A stretch of 64,000 nucleotides of DNA from an uncultured Planctomycetota bacterium. Its GTDB lineage: Bacteria; Planctomycetota; Planctomycetia; Isosphaerales; Isosphaeraceae. Below, piece after piece: positions 21,201-33,200 of this stretch. The notes beneath the pieces were generated by a model that saw only the letters and a list, made by a program, of their open reading frames with translations, was not told the DNA's origin and made no database searches. Made by a program: the position numbers and the translations under genes. Positions within the stretch are counted from its first letter, which is position 1. Each line of letters begins with the position of its first letter. Where the stretch lies: the NCBI GenBank assembly GCA_963823665.1, contig CAWGMQ010000010.1, positions 928,001-992,000 on the forward strand, in the 5' to 3' direction.

Positions 21201-24200
21201 GGCCTCGATCGCGGCCCTCAATGAACCGTCGCCCATGTCGGCAGTGGTGGTGACGATGTACGATTCGATGACGTCGAGGTCGAATTGCGTCGGGTTCGTA
21301 ACCGGGCGGAAATTCAGGCTGCTGCTGATCTCAAGGCCGGATTCCGAGCTGAACGCGCCGGTGACCGAGCCGTAGTTGATGATCGGGAAGCTGTTGCCGA
21401 GAACGGGTGTGAATCCACCAAGCAGGGTGACGTCCAGTGCCCCGCCCAGGGTGAGCTGGCCGGTGACGTTGAGCTGGCTGAACCCGCTGCCCGGACTGTA
21501 GCCCCCGACTCCCACGTCGAGCTGGCCGCCTGCTGCTAGCGTGAAATTGCCTTCTATGTTCAGGATGCCGGGATCGGCGACGTTGATCGTTCCCTGGTTG
21601 AGCAGGCTGGTGGTCGTTGTGAACGATGCGCCGTCCGAGAGCTCCAGGGTGCCGCCCGGCGCGATGTACGCGAGCGACGAAAGAGCGGGGAAGCTTGCAC
21701 CCGGTCCGTCCAGGATGATCGTGGCGGCGTCGGTCGCGATATTGCCCCCGGGGAAATTGAGCGTGCTGTCGGCCCCCACGCTCCAGGTGCCGCCCGTCAG
21801 CAGGCCCGGCGTAAAATTCGACGGGGCCGTTTCAAGGTTGATCGTGCCGCCGTTCGTTGCTGCGATTGTGCCTGAGCTGGTCCAGTCGGTGCCGTAGATC
21901 TGTACGCTGCCCCCGCTCGTGTTGGCGTCGATGGTGCCCTCGAGGACGATTGGAGTCTCGGGGCCACCGTGGTCGTATCCGATAACCCCGTCAGTCCCCT
22001 GGACGGTGATGTTCGGCCCGATGGTTAGGGCTCCCGAATCGCCGCCGCTCGAGGCGGTGTTGATCTGGTCGCCTTCGTAGAAGTTGCCGAAGACGATCGA
22101 GCCGGTGCCTGAGAGGGTTTGTGCGCCCTGGAAATTGAGTTCGCTGATTCCGGAGGCGTCAGTGGGTCCGAGGTCGATGGTGCCGTTGAGTGTCAATCCC
22201 TGGGTCACGGTGATGGTGTCCCCGATTGTGGTCATGTCGACGGTGCCGTCGATCGTGACGCCGTCCAGGGTGCCGGCGCCGCCGACCAGGGTGGCGCCAT
22301 TGGTCGTTTCGACGGTGCCGCCATCGATAGTGCCGCCATCCAGAGCGAACTCGAGCGCGGGATCATCAAGACTCAAGGTGTCGCCGTTGTTATCGAGAGT
22401 GCCGTTGAGAAAGACATCGCCGGCCCCGGCAAAGGACGATCCGGGAAGAGTGGAGCCCGTACCCAGGAGGTAAACGCTGGCACCGGCGCCCCCGGAGACC
22501 ACGCCGTCGTCGCTCCAGGTGCCTTCGACAACGGCAAATCCGCCGTTCGTCGCCGCGATCGTCCCCGAGTTGGTCCAGTTGGTGCCGTTCAAGACGAGTT
22601 GGCCGCCGTCGGTGGTCTCGATCGTGCCGGTGTTCGTCCAGCTCGTGCCGATGATCTGAATGTAGCTCGCGCTGGTGCTCGCGTCGATCGTGCCCTCGAG
22701 GACGAGCGGGGTCTCGGTGCCACCGCCGTTATACCCGATGAAGGCCGCAGTCCCGTCGATCGTGATGTTGGGTCCGATGGTGAGGGTGCCCGAATCACCG
22801 CCGCTCGAGGCTGTGTTGATCTCTTCGGGCTCGTAGCCGGCGCCGCCCAGAACGATCAAGCCGGTGCCACCGAGGGTTTGTGCGCCCTGGAAATCGAGTG
22901 TGCTGCTTCCATTCGCGGGGTCAATGGGCCCGAGGTCGAGCGTGCCGTTGAGCGTCAATCCGTCGGTGACGGTGATGGTGTCTCCGTTTTCGTTCTCGTC
23001 GAGGGTGCCGTCGATCGTGACGCCGTCCAGGGCGCCGTCGCCCACCAAGGCAGCGCCGCCCGTCGTTTCGACCGTCCCGCCATCGATCGTGCCGGCATCG
23101 AGCGTGAAGGCCAGTGTGGGGTCATTGAGCGTCAATATCTCTCCGGTGTTGTCGAGCGTGCCCGCAAGATCGATGAGGCCGCTGCCTGCGAAGGACGAAT
23201 CCGAGCCGACGGAGAAGGTTCCCTCAAGATTGACCTGGGAAGTGGAATCGGCGGAGATGACGCCGTTATCGGTCCAGGTGCCGCTCGCGGTGACGTAGCC
23301 GCCACCGGTCGCCTCAATCGTGCCCGAGTTGGTCCAGTTGGTGCCACTTAAGCCGAGTTGGGCGCCGGCGGCGGTGGCTTCGATTGTGCCTGAGTTGGTC
23401 CAGTTTGTTCCGAAGATCTGAATGTAGCTCGCGCTGGAATTCGCGTCGATGGTGCCCTCGAGGACGAGTGGGGTTTCGGTGCCAGGGCCGCTGTCATACC
23501 CGATGGAGGCCGCAGTTCCGTCGATCGTGATGTTGGGTCCGATGGTAAGCGTGCCCGAATCGCCGCCGCTGCTGACTGTGTTGATCCTTTCGGGGTACGA
23601 GCCGTCGCCGCCTAGAACGATCAAGCCGGTGCCACCCAGGGTTTGTGCGCCCTGGAAATCGAGTGTGCTGGTTCCATTCGCGGGGTCAGCGGGCCCGAGG
23701 TAGAGCGTGCCGTTCAAGGTCAATCCGTCGGTGACGGTGATGGAGTGCCCGCCATTGTTCACGTCCAGTGTGCCGTCGATGGTGACGCCGTCCAGGGTGC
23801 CGCCGGCGAGACTGGCGACCAGGGCGGCGCCGTCCGTCGTTTCGACCGTGCCGCCATCGATCGTGCCGCCAACGACAGCGAAGGAGAACTCGGGGTCATT
23901 GAGAGTCAAGGTCTCACCGGTGTTGTCGAGAGTGCCCTCGAGATAGACATCGCCGGCGCCTGCGAACGACGAACCCGAGTCGACCGAGAAGGTTCCCTGG
24001 AGGTTGATCAAGGAGGTGGAATCCACGGACATGAGGCCATCATCAGTCCAGGTGCCTGAACTTACGACGTAGCCGCCATTGGTGGCCTCGATCGTGCCCG
24101 AGTTGGTCCAGTTGGTGCCACCCAAATCGAGTTGGGCGCCGGCGGCGGTGGCTTCAATTGTGCCTGAGTTGGTCCAGTTTGTTCCCGCGATCAGAATGTA

Positions 24201-27200
24201 GCTCGCGCTGGAATTCGCGTCGATGGTGCCCTCGAGAACGAGTGGGGTTCTCGGTGCCAGGGCCGCCGTCATACCCGATGGAGGCCGCATTCCCCTCGAT
24301 CGTGATGTTGGGCCCGATGGTCAGGGTGCCCGAATCGCCGCCGCTTGAGGCTGTGTTGATCGATTCAGCGTAGCTGCCCGAGCCGCCTAGAACGATCATG
24401 CCGGTGCCACCCAGCGTTTGTGCGCCCTGGAAATTGAGTGCGCTGGCTCCATCCGCGGGGTCAGCGGGCCCGAGGTAGAGCGTGCCGTTCAAGGTCAATC
24501 CGTCGGTGACGGTAATGGAGTGCCCGCCATTGTTCACGTCCAGAGTGCCGTCGATGGTGACGCCGTCCAGGGTGCCGCCGGCGAGACTGGCGACCAGGGC
24601 GGCGCCGTCCGTCGTTTCGACCGTGCCGCCATCGATCGTGCCGCCAACGACAGCGAAGGAGAGCTCGGAGTCGTTCAGAAGCAAGGTCTCACCGGTGTTA
24701 TCGAGAGTGCCCTCGAGATAGACATCGCCGGTGCCTGCGAAGGACGAACCCGAGTCGACCGAGAAGGTTCCCTGGAGGTCGATCAAGGAAGTGGAATCCA
24801 CGGACATGAGGCCATCATCAGTCCAGGTGCCTGTCGTTGCGACGTAGCCGCCATTGGTGGCCTCGATCGTGCCCGAGTTGGTCCAGTTGGTGCCACCCAA
24901 GTCGAGTTGGGCGCCGGCGGCGGTGGCTTCGATCGTGCCCGTGTTGGTCCAGTTGGTGCCGTTGAGTTCGATTCCGCCGCCGCTGGCCTCGATCGTGCCC
25001 GAGTTGGTCCAGTTGGTGCCGTAGACCCCTATGCTGCCCCCGCTGATGTTCGAGTCGATGGTGCCCTCAAGGACGAGTGGAGTCTCGGTGCCACCGTTGT
25101 CGGCTCCGATCGAGCCGCTATTCCCCTGAATGGTGATGTTCGGGCCGATGGTGAGGGTGCCCGAGTCACCGCCGCTCGAGGCGGTGTTGATCGCGTTGCC
25201 GGCGGAGCCAAAGACGACCGAGCCGGAGCCGCCCAGGGTCTGTGCGCCTTGGAACACGAGCGTTCCCGATGGGCCACCGGCGACCGGGGCGCCGATGTCG
25301 ATCGTGCCGTTATCAAGTGTCAGTCCGCCGGTGACGTCGAGCGTGGGTTGGTACCCGGCCATGTTGAGGGTGCCATCGAGAGTGACCCCATCCAAGGTGC
25401 CGCCAAGGTAGGTGGCGGAGAGCGCGGCGCCGCCCGTCGTTTCGACCGTGCCGCCATCGATCGTGCCGCCAGCGACAGCGAAGGAGAGTCCAGGGTCATC
25501 GAGAGTCAAAGTCTCGCCGGTGTTGTCGAGAGTGCCCTGGAGATAGACAACGCCGGTACCGGCGAATGAGGCGCTGGATTGGACGGAGAAGGTGCCATTG
25601 AGATAGATGGTGGACGTCGAATCCGCGTTGATGGTGCCGTCATCGGTCCAGTTACCCTCGAGGTAGCCGGTGCTGCCGCTGCTGGCTTCGATTGTGCCTG
25701 AGCTTGTCCAGTTGCCTTCAAGGTACACGGAGCTGCTGTTGCTGGCTTCGATCGTGCCTGTGTTGATCCAGTTGGTGCCGTAGACACGTATGGTGCCCCC
25801 GCTGATGTTCGCGTCGATCGTGCCCTCGAGGACCAGCGGGGTCTCGGTGCCACCGCCGTCATACCCGATGAGGCCCGCAGTCCCGTCGATCGTGATGTTG
25901 GGCCCGATCGTGAGGGTGCCGGAGTCGCCGCCACTGGATTCGGTGTCGATGAAGTTGTCGCCGTCGGAGCCAAAGACGACCGAGCCGGAGCCGCCCAGGG
26001 TCTGTGCGCCCTGGAATGTGAGCGCGCAAATGTGCCGCCGGCGACCTGGCTGCCGAGGTCGATCGTACCGTCATCAAGTGTCAGACTGCCGGTGACGTCG
26101 AGCGTGGAATAGGCCCCGGTCATGTCGAGGGTGCCGTCGAGGGTGACGCCGGCGAGCGTGCCGGCCGAGTTGGGGGCGATGAGCGTGGCGCCGCCCGTCG
26201 TTTCGACCGTGCCGCCATCGATCGCGCCGCCGTCGAGCATGAAGGCCAGTCCGGAGTCATCGAGAGTCAAGGTCTCGCCGGTGTTATCCAGGGTGCCCCT
26301 GAGATACATGACCCCGGTGCCTGCGAACGACGAGCCTGAATCGACGGAGAACGTCCCATCGAGGTAGATCTGCGAGGTCGAATCCACCGAGATGACGCCG
26401 GGATCGATAAAGGAATTCTCGAGATAGGCGGTGCTGCCTGTCGTGGCCTCGATCGTGCCCGCGTTGGTCCAGTTGGTAGGGGAGACATCGAGTGTGGCGC
26501 CGCCGGTGGCCTCGATTGTGCTTGAGTTGGTCAAGTCGGTGCCGGTCAGGCCGAGACTACTGCCGCCAGTGGCTTCGATCGTGCCCGAGTTGGTCCCGGT
26601 GGTGCCATTGAGGCCGAGTTGGGAGCCGGCGGCAGTGGCCTCGATTGTGCCTGAGTTGGTCCAGTTGCTGCTGGTGGCGGTTACAATGCCGCCGTTGGCG
26701 GCTTCGATTGCGCCTGAGTTGGTCCAGTTGGTGCCATTCAAGCCGAGTTGGGCGCCGGCGGCGGTGGCTTCGATCGTGCCGGAGTTGGTCCAGTTTGTTC
26801 CGTAGATCTGAATGTAGCTCGCGCTGGAATTCGCGTCGATCGTTCCCTCGAGGACGAGCGGGGTCTCGGTGCCACCGCCGTCAGACCCGATGGAGCCCGC
26901 AGTCCCGTCGATCGTGATGTTGGGCCCGATCGTGAGGGTGCCGGAGTCGCCGCCACTGGATTCGGTGTCGATGTAGTTGTCGCCGTCGGAGCCAAAGACG
27001 ACCGAGCCGGAGCCGCCCAGGGTCTGTGCGCCCTGGAATGTGAGCGTGCCAAATGTGCCGCCGGCGACCTGGCTGCCGAGGTCGATCGTACCGTCATCAA
27101 GTGTCAGACCGCCGGTGACGTCGAGCGTGGGATAGGCCACGGTCATGTCGAGGGTGCCGTCGAGGGTGACGCCGGCGAGCGTGCCGCCCGGGTTGGTGGC

Positions 27201-30200
27201 GACCAGAGCGGCGCCGCCCGTCGTTTCGACCGTGCCACCATCGATCGCGCCGCCGTCGAGCATGAAGGCCAGTCCGGGGTCATTGAGAGTCAAGGTCTCC
27301 CCGGTGTTATCGAGGGTGCCTCTGAGATTGACTGCGCCGGCTCCGGCGAACGACGAGCCTGAGTCGACCGAGACGGTTCCATCGAGGTAGATCCGGGAGG
27401 TGGCATCCACGGAGACGGCGCCGGGATCGGTAAACGAGCCCTCGAGGTAGCCGACGCCGCCGGTCGTGGCCGCGATCGTGCCCGAGTTGGTCCAGTTGGT
27501 CGGGTAAATATCGAATTCGCCGTCGCCGGCGGCCTCGATTGTGCCTGAGTTGGTCAAGTTGGTGCCGGTCAGGTCGAGAGTGCCGCCGCCAGTGGCCTCG
27601 AGTGTGCCCGAGTTGGTCAAGTTGGTGCCGAAGATCCGTATCAAGCCCCCGCTCACATTGTCATCGATGGTTCCCTCGAGGATCATGGGGTATTCGGTGC
27701 CACCGCCGTCGAGTCCGATGAAGCCGTTCTGGCCTTCGATGGTGATTCCGGAACCGATTGTGAGCGTGCCCGAATCACCGCCCGAGGATGCGGTGTCGAG
27801 CCGATTGTTGTAAGCACTGCCGCCGCCGAAGATGACAGTGCCGGTGCCCCCCAAAGTCTGAGCACCCTGGAACGTGAGGTCGCCAGACGAGCCCGACCCA
27901 TTTCCGATCAAGATCGAGCCATTGCTCAGCGTAAGGCCGCCGGTAACCGCGAGGACGGAACTGTACGTCGCCATGTCGAGGGTGCCGTCGAGCGTGACGC
28001 CTGCGAGCGTGCCGCCGGTCCCGAACAGCGCCGCACCATTGGTGGTGACAATGTCGCCGCTATCGATTTCTCCGCCATCCATCTCGAACGTCAGTGCGGA
28101 ATCGTCTAGGGTCAATGTGCTGCCGGAATTGTCGAGGGTGCCTGAGACCGCGACGGTGCCTGTGCCGGTAAAGGACGCACTCGAGCCGACTGAGAAGGTT
28201 CCCCCGAGGTAAACCGTGGAAGTGGAATCGGCGGAGACGACGCTGTTGTCGGTCCAGGTTCCTTGGGCGAAGACGCTGCCGCCGGAAGTCGCCGTGATCG
28301 TGCCGGAGTTCGTCCAGTTGGAGCCAAGAACCTGGATTTGGCCGCCGCTCACATTGTCATCGATGGTTCCCTCGAGGATCATGGGGTATTCGGTGCCACC
28401 ACCGTCGAGTCCGATGAAGCCGTTCTGGCCTTCGATGGTGATTCCGGAACCGATTGTGAGCGTGCCCGAATCACCGCCCGAGGATGCGGTGTCGAGCCGA
28501 TTGTTGTAAGCATTGCCGCCGCCGAAGATGACAGTGCCGGTGCCCCCCAAAGTCTGAGCACCCTGGAACGTGAGGTCGCCAGACGAGCCCGACCCATTTC
28601 CGATCAAGATCGAGCCATTGCTCAGCGTAAGGCCGCCGGTAACCGCGAGGACGGAACTGTACGTCGCCATGTCGAGGGTGCCGTCGAGCGTGACGCCTGC
28701 GAGCGTGCCGCCGGTCCCGAACAGCGCCGCACCATTGGTGGTGACAATGTCGCCGCTATCGATTTCTCCGCCATCCATCTCGAACGTCAGTGCGGAATCG
28801 TCTAGGGTCAATGTGCTGCCGGAATTGTCGAGGGTGCCTGAGACCGCGACGGTGCCTGTGCCGGTAAAGGACGCACTCGAGCCGACTGAGAAGGTTCCCC
28901 CGAGGTAAACCGTGGAAGTGGAATCGGCGGAGACGACGCTGTTGTCGGTCCAGGTTCCTTCGGCGAAGACGCTGCCGCCGGAAGTGGCCGTGATCGTGCC
29001 CAGATTCGACCAGTTGGTGCCATCCACCTGGATTTGGCCGCCGCTCACATTGTCATCGACGATACCCTGGAGGATCAGCGGGTATTCTGTGCCACCGAAG
29101 TTGAATCCGATGTAGCCGCTCTGGCCTTCGATGGTGATCCCGGAACCGATGGTGAGTTTGCCCGAATCACCGCCGCTGGATGCGGTGATGATCTCATCTG
29201 TGTTTAAGGTGCCGTCGAAGACGACAGTGCCGGTGCCGCCCAAGGTCTGCGCACCTTGGAACGTGAGGTAGCTATAAGTCAAGCCCGCGCTTCCCATCAA
29301 GATCGAGCCATTACTCAGCGTGAGGCCACCGGTGACCGCGAGCTGGGAATTGAACGTCGCCATGTCGAGGGTGCCGTCGAGCGTGACGCCTTCGAGCGTG
29401 CCGCCATAACCGGATCCGAACAGCGCGGCACCATTGGTCGTGACAATGTCGCCGCTGTCGATTGCTCCGCCACCCATCTCGAACGTCAGCGCGGAATCGT
29501 CCAGGGTCAATGTGGTGCCGGAATTGTCGAGGGTGCCAGCGACCGCGACGGTGCCTGTGCCGGTAAAGGACGCACCCGAGCCGACTGAGAAGGTTCCCCC
29601 GAGGTAAACCGTGGAAGTGGAATCGGCGGAGACGACGCTGTTGTCGGTCCAGGTTCCTTGGGCGAAGACGCTGCCGCCGGAAGTGGCCGCGATCGCGCCC
29701 AGGTTCGACCAGTTGGTGCCATCCACCTGGATTTCGCCGCCGCTCACATTGTCATCGATGGTTCCCTGGAGGATCAGCGGGTATGCGCCACCGCTGTCGG
29801 GTTCGATCGAGCCGCTCTGGCCTTCGATGGTGATTCCGGAACCGATTGTGAGCGTGCCCGAATCACCGCCCGAGGATGCGGTGTCAAGCCGATTGTTGTA
29901 AAGATTGCCGCCGCCGAAGACGATCGTGCCGGTGCCGCCCAGGGTCTGAGCACCCTGGAACGTGAGGTCGCAATAAATCGAGCCCGCGCCATTTCCGATC
30001 AAGATCGAACCATTACTCAGCGTGAGGCCACCGGTGACCGTGAGGCGCGGAATAGTTCGTCGCCATGTCGAGGGTGCCGTCGAGGGTGACGCCATCCAAG
30101 GTGCCGCCACTGTTGGTGGCGAACAGGGCAGCGCCGCCCGTCGTTTCGACCGTGCCGCCATCGATCGTGCCGCCGGCGATACCGAAGGAGAGCTCGGGGT

Positions 30201-33200
30201 CGTTGAGAGTCAAGGTCTCCCCGGTGTTATCAAGAGTGCCCTCGAGATCGACAACGCCGGAGCCTGCGAACGATGAGCCCGAGTCAACGGAGACGGTTCC
30301 CCGGAGGTAGCTCACGGAGGTGGAATCCACCGAGACGACGCCGGGATCGGTGAGCGAGCCGGCGAGAACGGCGATGCCGCCGCTCGTGGCCTCGATCGTG
30401 CCCGAGTTGGTCCAGTTGGTGCCGGTGGCGCTGACCATCCCGCCGGTCACCTCGATCGTGCCCGAGTTGGTCCAGTTGGTGCCGTAGAAGTTCAGGTTGC
30501 CGCCGTTCGTGCCCTCGATCGTGCCTGTGTTGATCCAGTTGGTGCCGTGGATCTGGATGGTGCCCCCGCTCAAGTTGGCGTCGATGGTGCCCTCGAAGAC
30601 GAGTGGGGTCAGGGCGCCACCGTTGTTGTACCCGATCGAGCCGCTATCCCCCTGGATGGTGATGTTCGGGCCAATGGTGAGTGTTCCCGAATCGCCGCCG
30701 CTGGAGGCGGATTCGATCTGGTTGTAGCCAGAGCCGAGACTGATCGTGCCGGTGCCGGATAAGGTCTGCGCACCGACGAAAATCAGGGCGCTACCGGTCG
30801 AGCCCATCGCATTTCCGAGCAAGATCGTGCCATCCAGCGTCAAGCCGCCGGTCACCGCGAGCAGGCCATCGTAAGTCGCCATGTCGAGAGTGCCGTCGAT
30901 TGTGACGTCGTCTGCGAGCGTGTTGTAAGGATCGGACACGAAGAGCGCGGCTCCGTTCGTCGTGACAACGCTGCCCCCGTCGATCTCTCCAGAATAGAGC
31001 TCGACCGTCAGTGCGGAATCATTCAGGGTCAACGTTCCGCCGGAGTTGTCGAGTGTGCCACTCAACTGAACGAGGCCCGAGCCGGAGAACGTCGCGCTCG
31101 AGCCGGCTGAGAAGGTTCCAGAGAGGTCGACCATGGAAGAGGAATCGGCGGAGACGACGCCGTTGTCGGTCCACGTGCCGGTCGCGTAGACGGAGCCGCC
31201 GGAAGTGGCTGAAATCGTGCCCGAGTTGGTCCAGTTGGTACCCTCGGCTTGGAGTGTGGCGCCGCCGGTGGCCTCGAGCGTGCCTGTGTTGGTCCAGTTG
31301 GTGCCGAAGATCTGGATATTCCCACCGCTGGTATTCGCGTCGACGACGCCCTGGATGATGAGCGGGGTCTGTGGACCGCCATCGTTGCCCCCGATCCCCC
31401 CGTTGTCACCTTCGATCGTGATGCCCGCGCCGATGGTAAGCGTGCCGGTATCGGCGCCGCCGCTGGATGCGGTATTGATCTGGTTGCTATCGATCAAGCC
31501 GAAGACGACCGTGCCGGTGCCGCCCAAGGTCTGCGAGCCCACGAAATTGAGGATGCCCGTGTTGGGGCTCGATGGGTTTCCGAGGAGAATGCTACCATTT
31601 AATGTCAGCCCGCCGGTCACCGTCAGCTCGGGTGCGTACTCACGGCCGTCGTCGATGGTTCCGTCGATCGTCACGCCGTCTGCGAGTGTGCCATTATTGG
31701 TGATGAAGAGGGTGGCTCCGTTCGTCATGACAACGGTGCCGCCGTCGATCTCTCCATTGTCCAGTGAGACTTCCAGCGCGGAATCGTCGAGGGTCAACGT
31801 GCCGCCGGAATTGTCGATCGTACCTTCCACGAGGACGTTGCCGGTGCCGGCGAACGAGGCATTCGACCCGAGGGAGACGGTACCGCGGAGGACGACTACT
31901 GACGTGGAATCGGCGGAGACGACACCATTATCGGTCCATGAGCCCACGCCTTCCGCGTAGCCGCCGTTCGTTGCGGCGATGGTTCCGGTGCTCGTCCAGT
32001 TGGTACCGAAAAGGTCGAGGTATCCACCCGAGGCCTCGAGAGTGCCCGAGCTCGACCACCCGCTGCCATAGACCTCGATCGATCCATTGCTCGTATCGGC
32101 GTCGATGGTTCCCTGGATGATCATCGGGGTCCCGGCACCACCGCCGTCGTACCCGATCTCGCCGTTATTACCTTCGATCGTGATGTTCGGTCCGATCGTG
32201 AGCGTGCCGGTATCGGCGCCGCCGCTGGAAGCTGTGTTGATCTGGTTGTCGCTGGCCAAACCGAAAACGATCGAGCCCGTACCGGAGAGGGTCTGGGAAC
32301 CCACAAAGTTAAGGACGCCCGTGTTGTAGCTATTCTGGTCCCCGAGGAGCATCGTGCCATTCAAATTCAGGCCGCCGGTCACAGTGATGACCGGTGCGAG
32401 CAACGTGCCGGCGTCGACGTCGCCATCGATTGTGACACCGTCTGCGAACGTGCTGTTCCGAGAAACGTAGAGCTCGGCTGCATTCGTGGTGACAACGTCG
32501 CCGCCGTCGATCTCTCCGCCATTGAGTGCGACGACCGTTCCAGAATTGTTGAGGGTGATTGTCCCGCCGGAATTGTCCACCGTCCCATTGATGTCAACGG
32601 TGCCGCCGCCGGAGAATGACGCGTTCGAGCCGACTGAAAAGGTCCCGTCGAGGGAGACAATCGAGGAGGGATCTGCCGAAACGACGCCGTTGTCGGTCCA
32701 CGTGCCGACCGCTTCAACGTAGCCGTAGGACGTGGCTGAGATCGTGCCCGTGCTCGTCCAGTTGGTGCCGAACAGGTCGAGTGCGCCGCCGGTCGCTTCG
32801 AGAGTACCAGAGCTCGACCAGCCGCTGCCGTACATCTCGATATCTCCACCGCCCGTATCCTCGTCGACGGTGCCCTGGATGACGATCGGAGTTTGCGCGA
32901 TGCCGCTATCAAACCCGATCAGGCCGCTGTTGCCGTCGATGGTGATGTTTGGTCCGACGGTGAGGGTGCCGGTATCGCTGCCGCCCGACGAAGCGGTGTT
33001 GATCTGGTTGTCGCCACTCAAGCCGAACAGGATCTCGCCGGTGCCGCCCAAGGTTTGCGAGCCCGTGAAATTGAGAATCGCCGGTTGGCTGACCTGCCCG
33101 CTCCCCAGCAAAATCGTTCCGTTCAATGTCAAACCACCGGTGACGTCGAGAACGGGACTGTTCTCGACCATGTGGACAGTACCGTCAACGGTGACACCGT

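Noticed and set aside
23440..29040. Near-identical repeat pairs as DGR template/variable regions
   Set aside because: No reverse transcriptase in the window, differences are not adenine-specific, and both copies are coding.
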